Source of the DNA: a virus
Lineage: Duplodnaviria; Caudoviricetes
IMG/VR virus record: IMGVR_UViG_3300033076_000183
Coordinates: 1-26,468 of that record
Length of the DNA stretch: 26,468 bases
Direction: 5' to 3' (one strand)
Below are positions 1-8,459 of the stretch, piece by piece (positions within the stretch are counted from its first letter, which is position 1; each line of letters starts with the position of its first letter). Under the pieces are notes generated by a model that saw only the letters and a program-made list of their open reading frames with translations, had not been told where the DNA came from and did not search any database. Both the position numbers and the translations under genes were made by a program.

Positions 1-222
1 ATTGAGGAAAACAAGCTTCAAGATAAGATATGCGTGTTTGCAACTGTTCACGACTCAGTAGTAGCTGAAGTTGCCGATGATATGGTTGATGAGTATGTTC
101 GTCAACTAAAATCCAATCTGCAAAAAGACCGAGGAGTAAACATTCCTGGCTGTCCTATCGTGGTAGACGTTGAAATCGGTCCATCATGGGGAGAGTTAGA
201 TAAGTATGAAGGCCCGCAGTAA
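1..222 (+). CDS. polA: Family A DNA polymerase, C-terminal fragment (T5 D9-like; 5' end outside window)
   Basis: Frame is open from base 1 (IEENKLQDKICVFATVHDSVVAEV...). Has PolA motif C (VHDS) and the terminal 'VDVEIGPSWG' typical of family A polymerases; occupies the pol position upstream of D10. Confidence 0.9.
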   Translation: MEENKLQDKICVFATVHDSVVAEVADDMVDEYVRQLKSNLQKDRGVNIPGCPIVVDVEIGPSWGELDKYEGPQ

Positions 223-712
223 GTTTTACGGTATTCAGTATCCGCTATTTGGGCTAAAGAAAAAGCCGTATGATTTCAGTATACGGCTTAATTCTATATC
301 TGTAATGAAAACTGAGTTTGATGAGTGGCACAAGATTGATGAGTATAAAGAAAAAACGTCTTTGCTGAAACGATACGTAAGCGTGAAAGATGATTTTTTC
401 TTCTTTGACTATACGTGTACAAATCTTACTCAGCTAGTTTCGAAGAATATAGAATGGGGCATTGATGCAAATGCTAAGATATTTGACTTACGTCAAAAAC
501 AAAAATTTAAAGCAAGGACAGTACAGGTCGTAAAAGTAAGAGACAACTTAATATGGTTAGACACAGTAAGTTACCCTTTTAAACTATCAAAAAATATACT
601 AGAGCCCAGTACCATTATGGAGCAATATATAACTATTGTATACATAGACGAAACGTGGTACTTATACAGATTCTCAAGTTTTAATGAGCCAGTACATGAA
701 TTAACACTATGA
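206..712 (+). CDS. Hypothetical protein, syntenic with the T5-like ORF between DNA polymerase and D10 helicase
   Basis: 168 aa ORF overlapping the pol stop; ATGA overlap with the helicase; size and position match recalled T5-like gene order. Confidence 0.75.
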   Translation: MKARSKFYGIQYPLFGLKKKPYDFSIRLNSISVMKTEFDEWHKIDEYKEKTSLLKRYVSVKDDFFFFDYTCTNLTQLVSKNIEWGIDANAKIFDLRQKQKFKARTVQVVKVRDNLIWLDTVSYPFKLSKNILEPSTIMEQYITIVYIDETWYLYRFSSFNEPVHELTL

Positions 713-2013
713 ATAGCAAAGTTAAGTACACAGTAAAGAAAGCTACCATATCTGACAAGATATACTTTCACAAATCAGATTTAGTAGACATTGATTTACA
801 TACATTAAGATACGTATTATTCACTTATAACCTAGTGGACAACTTCTACTCTACTATAGAGTACGATGAAGAAACAGGAATGTGTAGTGTACCTAGCGGA
901 GCTTGGCATAAGCTAAATATATTAGAACTTACAGACACCCGTTTTGTTTCTGATAAGCAAGACTGGACGTTTAACGGAACTCTGCGACCAAACCAGCAAG
1001 AGACAGTAGATAAGCTACTAACAGGTGAAAAACTGTACAGCGGTCTTATACAGGCCCCATGTGGATGGGGTAAGACATTTGCAGGCACCTACATAGTTGG
1101 AACATACCAGAAACCTACAATAATAGTGTGTCACACAAAACTACTAGCTGAACAATGGCACAAAGAGCTAAGAAACCTGATATCAGGTACTGATATTGGA
1201 TTTATAGGAGATGGTAGAGAAACTATCAAGCCTATAACAGTAGGTATATATAAAAGCTTAATAAAAAGACTTGATAAAATACAGAATATGTTTGAGGTAA
1301 TGTTTGTGGATGAAGCACATTTATGCCCCGCAGAAACATTCAGTAAAGTAGTAAACGGTATAAATGCTAAGGTAAAAATTGCGCTTAGTGCAACGCCTTG
1401 GAGAAAAGACGGCTTACACGTAATACTACCAGACTATTTTGGTCCGAATAGAGTTATTGCGAAAGACGTAGGAAAATTAATACCCAGTGTAGAAGTAGTA
1501 AAGACAACAGTACCGTTTACTATTATAAATCCTAATAGAGACTGGACAAAGCAATTAAGTAAGCTAGGCGGAAATACAGCCTATCTGAACTTGATAGCAT
1601 CACACGCTAGAGATAAGATTGCTCTAGGTAGGTGCCTACTTATACTTAGCGAGAGAATTGAGATGTTGGAACAACTCAAATCTCTAATACCAAACAGCGT
1701 ACTATTAGTAGGCGCAACCAAGAATAGAGATGAGATACTAAACAATGCAGGAACTAAGTATTCTGCTATACTCACTACTAAAATATTTGATGAAGGTATT
1801 AGTTGCCACAGGCTAGACACAATATATTTTACCTGCCCAAATAACAACGCAGCCAAACTAGAGCAGAGAATAGGGAGAATACAGAGAGAACACCCGGATA
1901 AAAAAGGCCCTCTCATAGTAGACTTCTGGCTTACAGGAGCCATAGTTCAAGCACAACAGAGAAATAGATTAGAATGGTACATCAGAAACAACTTTCCCAT
2001 ACTAAACGACTAG
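709..2013 (+). CDS. Superfamily 2 DEAH-box helicase (T5 D10 / UvsW-like)
   Basis: Q motif (LRPNQQE), Walker A (APCGWGKT), DEAH, motif III (SAT), motif VI (QRIGRIQR). Confidence 0.93.
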   Translation: MNSKVKYTVKKATISDKIYFHKSDLVDIDLHTLRYVLFTYNLVDNFYSTIEYDEETGMCSVPSGAWHKLNILELTDTRFVSDKQDWTFNGTLRPNQQETVDKLLTGEKLYSGLIQAPCGWGKTFAGTYIVGTYQKPTIIVCHTKLLAEQWHKELRNLISGTDIGFIGDGRETIKPITVGIYKSLIKRLDKIQNMFEVMFVDEAHLCPAETFSKVVNGINAKVKIALSATPWRKDGLHVILPDYFGPNRVIAKDVGKLIPSVEVVKTTVPFTIINPNRDWTKQLSKLGGNTAYLNLIASHARDKIALGRCLLILSERIEMLEQLKSLIPNSVLLVGATKNRDEILNNAGTKYSAILTTKIFDEGISCHRLDTIYFTCPNNNAAKLEQRIGRIQREHPDKKGPLIVDFWLTGAIVQAQQRNRLEWYIRNNFPILND

Positions 2014-3608
2014 CAGCTAATAAGATTATAGATCTTATTAACGCTGGAAAGATACCGGCTGCTAAAGCCGTAATAAAGAAAAATTATAAACCAACATCTG
2101 AACTGTACCATTTCTTTGATGGGTGGATAAAACAGCTAGAAGGTAAATATGGTCTATCTATTCAGGCATTTGAAAAAGCACTTATAGCTAACCCTTTAAA
2201 TGAAGAAGTATTAATAGGCCTGGCCGGTTCTTACTTAGAGATTGGCGATTACGAGCGTGCAGAGGAGTGTGCTAGCCATGCTGTTACTGTTAATAGTAAA
2301 GAACCAAAAAATTTACTAACACTGGCAACTGTACTTAGTAAATCTAATCCTAAGAATAAGCAAGTGCAACAAGAAGCAGATTTGCTTTTTGAGAAAGCAT
2401 TTGACATAGCGTGCGTAAGTGCGGTTAGCAATACTAAACTGTTAGTAGACATACTATCTGGTTGGGGTGGGTGCTTACTTAACCTAGACCATATAGAACA
2501 AGCTAAGATGTTATTAGAGCTAGCTATAAAGCACGACTATTACAACCCTATAGCACACAAGAACTTAGTATCTGTATACGCTAACTTAAATGATATAGAT
2601 AGAGCCGTACAAAGTTGTAAAATAGCTCAAATGAGTGATGATAAGGACCTAGTACTAGATACTATATATCAAGAAGGTATGCTAGAGATATTAAGAGGTA
2701 ACTATGCAAAAGGCTGGAGACTTCATGAAGCCAGATTAGAAACTGCTAAATATGCCTATAAAGACCTATTAGCTAGGAGCACAAAGTCGTTTTCAGAACT
2801 CACAGAGCAAGATAGCATATTGCTATTTCAAGAACAAGGCATAGGAGACCTGTTACAATTCTCACACCTAATACCGCAAGTATATGGGCGCTGCAAGAAC
2901 ATAGACGTAGTAGTATTACCTAACACATTCCTACCTATGATTGATGGTAAGGTAAATTCTCCAAAAGATTTTATATTGCATAACTTTGCTAATTATGTAC
3001 GAAATGTGTACGTTCGGGGAGTAGATACTATACCTAAAGAACACGAATGCGTTGTTCCGTTAATGAGTCTAGGATACTGGACTAAGCTAACACCTACAAA
3101 CAATCCTGGACTGCTTCCGTTTGCCTCTAAACCTCTAGGTAAGTATACTGGCAGAGTAGGTTTATTTTGGAAAGGTTCCGTACACCATGCAAACGACCAT
3201 CTAAGGTCCATACCGACCGACTACATAAATGCTCTGGTAAAAGAGCACTCTGATATAGAGTTTGTATCGCTACAGATAGATAGAGATGAGGATTTAATCC
3301 TATCGGAAAACTTAGTATCCGCAAAACAAGATATGAACGGACTATTAGAAACGTCTTCTGTATTACAAGATTGCTCATTGGTAATATCAGTAGATTCTAT
3401 GGTTGCTCATCTTGCCGCTGGTCTAGACAAGCATGTGATAATGCTGCACGCATGGTCTCCAGACTGGCGTTGGGGAATAGATAATACGGGCATTAACAGA
3501 TGGTATAAAAATACTAGTGATATTAGGCAGTCGGAATATAAAAACTGGGATACAGTATTTGACAAGGTAAACAATAGACTAGAAGTCTTTAAAATGTTTG
3601 TTGACTGA
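1974..3608 (+). CDS. TPR-repeat-containing GT-B fold glycosyltransferase (GT9-like C-terminus, FlbA-like architecture)
   Basis: N-terminal ~250 aa of TPR-like helical repeats (e.g. FEKALIANPLNEEVLIGLAGSYLEIGDYERA). C-terminal family motifs GWRLHEARL, EQGIGDLLQF, VGLFWKGS, RSIP, FVSLQ, LVISVDSMVAHLAAG, DWRWG...WY. Confidence 0.85.
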   Translation: MVHQKQLSHTKRLAANKIIDLINAGKIPAAKAVIKKNYKPTSELYHFFDGWIKQLEGKYGLSIQAFEKALIANPLNEEVLIGLAGSYLEIGDYERAEECASHAVTVNSKEPKNLLTLATVLSKSNPKNKQVQQEADLLFEKAFDIACVSAVSNTKLLVDILSGWGGCLLNLDHIEQAKMLLELAIKHDYYNPIAHKNLVSVYANLNDIDRAVQSCKIAQMSDDKDLVLDTIYQEGMLEILRGNYAKGWRLHEARLETAKYAYKDLLARSTKSFSELTEQDSILLFQEQGIGDLLQFSHLIPQVYGRCKNIDVVVLPNTFLPMIDGKVNSPKDFILHNFANYVRNVYVRGVDTIPKEHECVVPLMSLGYWTKLTPTNNPGLLPFASKPLGKYTGRVGLFWKGSVHHANDHLRSIPTDYINALVKEHSDIEFVSLQIDRDEDLILSENLVSAKQDMNGLLETSSVLQDCSLVISVDSMVAHLAAGLDKHVIMLHAWSPDWRWGIDNTGINRWYKNTSDIRQSEYKNWDTVFDKVNNRLEVFKMFVD

Positions 3609-3629
3609 TGCTTAAAAATAAAATACTAT
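3601..3629 (+). promoter_or_regulatory. Putative sigma70-type promoter (TTGACT-17bp-TACTAT)
   Basis: -35 TTGACT at 3601-3606, 17-nt spacer, -10 TACTAT at 3624-3629, which overlaps the ATG at 3628. Confidence 0.5.
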
Positions 3630-4077
3630 GATAGTACAGTTTAATTGGTATGAGCTAAACAAGATAACCAGAATACCTGATTGTCAAGTGATTCTTGCCT
3701 TTTGTCTTTTTATAAACAGAAAAAATCCTGATATAAAAAGAATATCTGGCAGCCATCACATGCTGAAACAAAAATTAAACATAGCAAATAACTATTATGC
3801 TTTGATACATAATAAGTTAATACTAGATTGCGCTAATGGCATATTTTCTAATTATGAGTGTCAAGAACCTCAATCTTATATAACTAATTGTTCATTCCTA
3901 CATGCAAGAGTACCTGCGAGAGTTAAATGTGAATATCTATATATTCTATCTCAAAGAAGCCTCAGTAATAAAAACTGTTGGGTTCCTGAAAACTACGTAG
4001 AGCCTGAGTATTGGAATAACCCTTTTATCAAACACGAAAACTCAAAAATTAAATTCACACTGGAGAAACAACTATGA
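3628..4077 (+). CDS. Hypothetical protein (T5-like ORF upstream of D11)
   Basis: 149 aa ORF with ATGA overlap into the D11-like gene; no recognisable catalytic motif. Confidence 0.7.
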   Translation: MIVQFNWYELNKITRIPDCQVILAFCLFINRKNPDIKRISGSHHMLKQKLNIANNYYALIHNKLILDCANGIFSNYECQEPQSYITNCSFLHARVPARVKCEYLYILSQRSLSNKNCWVPENYVEPEYWNNPFIKHENSKIKFTLEKQL

Positions 4078-4742
4078 CAACTAAACCAATGGGTCGCGAC
4101 TGGTCACAACTAAAAAAGCCTCAGAGCGGTGGCGGAGATCGTACAGAGATTGTACGCGTAAAGCTAGATAAGGATAGCACACGTGTTCGTATTATTGGTA
4201 ATGTACTACCGCGTTATGTACGCTGGGTAGTTACTAACGAAGGCAAGAAGCACCCACTAGAGTGCCTAAGCTTTGATAGGGATACTGAAGAATTTAACAA
4301 CTCTCGTGATCCGTTCCGTGAGCTAGATGAATCGGTATACAACGAAAAACCGCAGTTTGCCTATGTAGTCAATGTGATTGATCGTGCAGACGGAAAACTA
4401 AAGCTTATGGATCTGAAGACTACTATCTTTAAGCAGCTAATTGATTACGCACGCGATCCTGATTACGGCTCACCAGCAGACCCAGACAATGGATATGACC
4501 TAACCATTCGTAAAGAAAAGACAGGACCTCTTCCTCAGAACGTTAAGTACACAGTAATGCCTAGCCGTAACACTGTACCTCTTACTGATGCGGAACGTAG
4601 TATTGAAATGTACAACCTAGATTCTATTTTCAAACGCCAGTCTTATGAAGAACAAAAGAAATGGCTACTAGAAAATACCGCACTCTTTACTGAGGAGACC
4701 GCAGAAGACCTACGTAGCTCAGAAAGCATGGAAGACCTATAA
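4074..4742 (+). CDS. Single-stranded DNA-binding protein (T5 D11 / gp32-like)
   Basis: GGAG RBS; 'RVRIIGNVLPRYVRW', 'PADPDNGYDLTIRKEKTGPLPQNVKY'; acidic C-terminal tail (SSESMEDL); D11 position. Confidence 0.8.
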   Translation: MTTKPMGRDWSQLKKPQSGGGDRTEIVRVKLDKDSTRVRIIGNVLPRYVRWVVTNEGKKHPLECLSFDRDTEEFNNSRDPFRELDESVYNEKPQFAYVVNVIDRADGKLKLMDLKTTIFKQLIDYARDPDYGSPADPDNGYDLTIRKEKTGPLPQNVKYTVMPSRNTVPLTDAERSIEMYNLDSIFKRQSYEEQKKWLLENTALFTEETAEDLRSSESMEDL

Positions 4743-4743
4743 T

Positions 4744-5634
4744 ATGACCAAGAAAAAGTTGTCAGAAATTACTCAAGAGGGGCAGCCAAGCGCTGCCCCA
4801 AATAGCGAGAATAACTTAAAATTACCGGCAGGGTTTAAGTCTGTAGATGGGGACAAGGTTTCTGTTAATATGGATTACCTTAGAGGTATGAATATATTTT
4901 TTGCTACTCCATGTTATGGCGGGCTTGTAACAGATCAATACTTTTTGAGCATGTTCCGGTTAAGTCAAGTACTTATTCAGTACGGTATAAACTTTAGAAT
5001 TACTACCCTAAGAAATGAGAGTCTTATAACTAGAGCCCGTAACATACTAACGGCTATGTTCTTAGAAGATAAGTCAGCTACTCATCTAATGTTTATTGAT
5101 GCTGATATAGAATTTGAGCCAGATAGCATTATACGTATGCTAGCAATGGATAAAGACATTATAGCTGGGGCATATCCTAAAAAGACTATTAATTGGGGTA
5201 ATGTCAAGATAGCGGCCCAAAAAGGCGAAGAAAATCTATCTAGCTATGGTGCAGACTACGCTATTAATCTAAAAGTAGAACCAGGTACCAATAGGGTTAG
5301 AAGCCATATGGGTAGTATAGAAGTTCTAGACGCATCTACAGGCTTCTTTCTAGTAAAAAGAAACGTACTAGAAAAGATGGTGGAAGCACATCCAGAATTA
5401 CATTATAAAAATGATAGTTCTATTGATCCTAGATTTAATCCTTATTGCTATGCCCTGTGGGATACTATGATTGATCCAAGAGACAGACGCTACTTAAGTG
5501 AGGATTATACTTTCTGTAGACGTTGGCAGAATCTAGGCGGAGAAATTTGGGTAGATCCTAACACCAAGCTAAACCATGTAGGAAGTTTTACATTTGAAGG
5601 AAACCTACATAACATCTTAAGAAAAGGCCCATGA
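4744..5634 (+). CDS. GT-A fold (GT2-like) glycosyltransferase / nucleotide-diphospho-sugar transferase
   Basis: IFFATPCYGG start of fold, ESLITRARN, DxD motif in THLMFIDADIEF, catalytic-type SEDYTFCRRW, and LNHVG; a family common in environmental phages. Confidence 0.8.
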   Translation: MTKKKLSEITQEGQPSAAPNSENNLKLPAGFKSVDGDKVSVNMDYLRGMNIFFATPCYGGLVTDQYFLSMFRLSQVLIQYGINFRITTLRNESLITRARNILTAMFLEDKSATHLMFIDADIEFEPDSIIRMLAMDKDIIAGAYPKKTINWGNVKIAAQKGEENLSSYGADYAINLKVEPGTNRVRSHMGSIEVLDASTGFFLVKRNVLEKMVEAHPELHYKNDSSIDPRFNPYCYALWDTMIDPRDRRYLSEDYTFCRRWQNLGGEIWVDPNTKLNHVGSFTFEGNLHNILRKGP

Positions 5635-6593
5635 AAATACTTAGCGTAGCTGATATACATATAAATCTTCATAAAAAGAAAATACCTTATGAGTGGCAGG
5701 TAAACAGGTTTGCACTGCTATTCAATAAGCTATTAGAATTAGAAAAAGACTGTGACGTTACAGTAATTTCTGGCGATATATTCGATAAAAAGCCTGAGCC
5801 TGATGAGATTTGTCTGTTTCTTAGCTACGCTAATGCAGTAAAGAAACCGACTATAGCCATACCAGGAAATCATGAAGCATCCACTAAAGGTAAAAGCTTC
5901 TTAGAGTACTTTGAGCAGGATAATGTAATAAATAACTCTAACTTTATATTATCAACAAGCAATAAAAGAGTTACTGTTAACAACCAAGGATTTCAACTAT
6001 TTCCTTATGGAGAGATGCAAACTAGAAATATTCCCGCTTACGTAAGCGGGGATATTTTAGTAACTCATATTAGAGGAGAGGTTCCTCCGCACATAACTCC
6101 TGAGTTTGATTTTGAGAAAATAAGACCCTGGAATTTAGTATTGTTAGGTGATTTACACTTTAACCATAAGTACAAAGATTATCCGGTGTACTATCCTGGT
6201 AGTCCATTAAATACTACGTTTGATAGAGACGATAAACGTTCTTACGGAGTAGATATAATCACTCTTACTAGTGATACACAATATGAAATTGAATTTATAG
6301 ATTTAAAACTACCTAAACTAATTAGGCGCACAGTTGAAGCAGGAACGGAACTTAAGCCTGATCCTATAAATCATGTAGTATACGAAGTTACTGGTAGCAT
6401 TGATAAACTAAGCAAAGTACAAAACCACGAACTTCTAGACAAGAAGATAGCCGATAAGCCGCAAGAAAACTCTAAGCTAGACCTAGTAAATAAAACCCTG
6501 CCTGAAGAACTCAGTCTGTATTTAGATTTTATAAAGATAAATAATAAGAAAGAAGTTTTAGAACTATTTAATAGCCTTGGAGTAAAGATATGA
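5631..6593 (+). CDS. sbcD: Recombination endonuclease, SbcD/Mre11-like metallophosphoesterase (T5 D12)
   Basis: Motifs ADIH, GDIFD, PGNHE, TH, GDLH, YPGSP. Confidence 0.92.
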   Translation: MKILSVADIHINLHKKKIPYEWQVNRFALLFNKLLELEKDCDVTVISGDIFDKKPEPDEICLFLSYANAVKKPTIAIPGNHEASTKGKSFLEYFEQDNVINNSNFILSTSNKRVTVNNQGFQLFPYGEMQTRNIPAYVSGDILVTHIRGEVPPHITPEFDFEKIRPWNLVLLGDLHFNHKYKDYPVYYPGSPLNTTFDRDDKRSYGVDIITLTSDTQYEIEFIDLKLPKLIRRTVEAGTELKPDPINHVVYEVTGSIDKLSKVQNHELLDKKIADKPQENSKLDLVNKTLPEELSLYLDFIKINNKKEVLELFNSLGVKI

Positions 6594-8419
6594 GTGTAGT
6601 ATTAAAAAGATTAACATTTAGTAATATGTTCAGCTATGGTTCTGATAATGTTCTGGAGCTAAACAATACGCCAATAACACAACTACTGGCAGGCAATGGT
6701 AGTGGTAAAAGCTCACTAGCAATAATAATACAAGAGTTGCTGTACAACAAGAATATAAAAGGACTAAAGAAATCCGATATTCTAAATAGATATTCAAAAG
6801 CCAAGACTTGGGAAGGCAAAATTGAATTTTCTGTAGACGGCATTGACTATGAAGTAATCAGTAAAAGATCTGGTGCGAGCACTCATGTAACGCTGCTAAA
6901 AGACGGTAAAGATATAAGCGAGCATAAAGTTCTTGATACTTATAAGAAGATAGCTGATATAATAGGTAGAGATTTTGAAACCTTTAGTCAGCTTACTTAC
7001 CAGAGTAGTGTAGACAGTCTTGAGTTTCTAAAAGCTACAGACACTAATCGCAAAAAGTTCTTAGTAAATCTATTTAACTTTTCAAGATACCTAGAGATAG
7101 GTGATGAGCTAAAAACAGTACAATCTGCAAAAGAAAAAGAATTAGCCTCTAAGATGGGCGAGTTAAAAACTGTACAAGATTTTATTGAGAAGAACGTAAT
7201 ACCTGATAAGGCAGTAGAAAAACCAGTACCGGACATTGATACTAGCCTATATGGCAAGGTGGAAGAACTAAAAACTAAAATATCTCAAGAACGTTCTATA
7301 TGCGATAAGATAGATAGAAATAATCTAAATATTGAAGAGCGGGATAGGTTAGTATTTGATTTATCAATGGAAGAACCAGTATTAGACGAGACAATACTAT
7401 CCTCCATAGAGACTATAAAAACAGAGATATCTAAATCAGAAGCGGCAGTTAGCGCAGCAAATAGAGACCTAAAATCACTAGACGTATCAGACCACTGTTA
7501 TGCCTGTAAACAACCTATTGATAACTCAAAGTCAGTAGAACTAAGTAAATCTTTAAACGACACTGTAACAGGGCTATCTTCACTAATATACTCAAAGAAG
7601 AAAGAGCTAGCAACCCTGCAGTCAGTACTTGCTGAGTACTCTAAAGCCAAAACTGCTTACGATAGAAATCAAAAGGCGATAGAGAAATTTACTCAATTAT
7701 CGCAGATGATTGATACTAGCCTACCTAAAAACTACCCTGATTATAAGTCCATGCAAAAGACTTTGCAAGACGTAGAAAAAGAGATAGCTTGGCAAGAAAA
7801 AGAAAATGCCGACGCTAGAAAACATAACGACAGTGTTAAGATACGAAACGCAAAAATAGATGCCCTAGTAGAGCAACTTAGAGATTTTAAAGCTAGACAA
7901 GAGCTGCTAAATGATGCTATACTTAAAATTCAGAATGAGGTAGCTAATATAGCTATACTCAGAAAAGCATTTTCTACTAGCGGTATTGTTGCCTATAAAC
8001 TAGAAAATGTGGCTAAACAGCTCGAAGACAATATTAACCACTATCTAGCGTTATTGAGTGACGGACAATTTCAAGTAATCTTTAGATTGACCGGAGACAA
8101 GCTAAATGTTATAGTTGTTAACAACGGAGAAGAAGTAAGTATAGATTCTTTATCTGGAGGAGAGTTCTCCAGAGTACAAACTTCTGTGCTTCTTGCTGTT
8201 AGAGGTACACTATCTAACATAGGTGGTAAGAGCATAAACTTACTATTCCTTGACGAGATAACTGGCGTATTAGACGAACCTGGAAAAGAGAGGCTATTCG
8301 AGGTTCTTCAGGAAGAAAAAGACTTAAATGTATTCCTGATATCACATGACTACTCTCATCCATTAATTCCTAGGATTGAGATAAGTAAGACTAACAATAT
8401 TAGCTCTATTAACGGCTGA
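6590..8419 (+). CDS. sbcC: Recombination ATPase, SbcC/Rad50-like (T5 D13)
   Basis: Walker A GNGSGKSS, Q-loop (YQ), coiled coil with zinc hook CYAC, signature LSGGE, Walker B LLFLDE, H-loop ISH. Confidence 0.93.
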   Translation: MSVVLKRLTFSNMFSYGSDNVLELNNTPITQLLAGNGSGKSSLAIIIQELLYNKNIKGLKKSDILNRYSKAKTWEGKIEFSVDGIDYEVISKRSGASTHVTLLKDGKDISEHKVLDTYKKIADIIGRDFETFSQLTYQSSVDSLEFLKATDTNRKKFLVNLFNFSRYLEIGDELKTVQSAKEKELASKMGELKTVQDFIEKNVIPDKAVEKPVPDIDTSLYGKVEELKTKISQERSICDKIDRNNLNIEERDRLVFDLSMEEPVLDETILSSIETIKTEISKSEAAVSAANRDLKSLDVSDHCYACKQPIDNSKSVELSKSLNDTVTGLSSLIYSKKKELATLQSVLAEYSKAKTAYDRNQKAIEKFTQLSQMIDTSLPKNYPDYKSMQKTLQDVEKEIAWQEKENADARKHNDSVKIRNAKIDALVEQLRDFKARQELLNDAILKIQNEVANIAILRKAFSTSGIVAYKLENVAKQLEDNINHYLALLSDGQFQVIFRLTGDKLNVIVVNNGEEVSIDSLSGGEFSRVQTSVLLAVRGTLSNIGGKSINLLFLDEITGVLDEPGKERLFEVLQEEKDLNVFLISHDYSHPLIPRIEISKTNNISSING

Positions 8420-8440
8420 GGCCGTTAGTAGAGATTTTTA
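8404..8440 (+). terminator. Stem-loop / possible weak intrinsic terminator after D13
   Basis: 13-bp stem CTCTATTAACGGC/GCCGTTAGTAGAG (one G-U pair), loop TGAG containing the D13 stop codon, followed by ATTTTTA. Confidence 0.5.
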
Positions 8441-8459
8441 TGCGTAAAGGAGAAATTAT

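Noticed and set aside
2011-2013. Possible TAG stop-codon reassignment given the TAG-rich sequence
   Set aside because: Genes are full length under the standard code, and TAG ends the helicase (2011-2013) and o-spanin (14394-14396) at sensible positions.
8420-8459. Cobalamin riboswitch or NrdR box upstream of nrdJ
   Set aside because: The gap is only ~40 nt, too short for a riboswitch, and no NrdR-box-like palindrome is evident.
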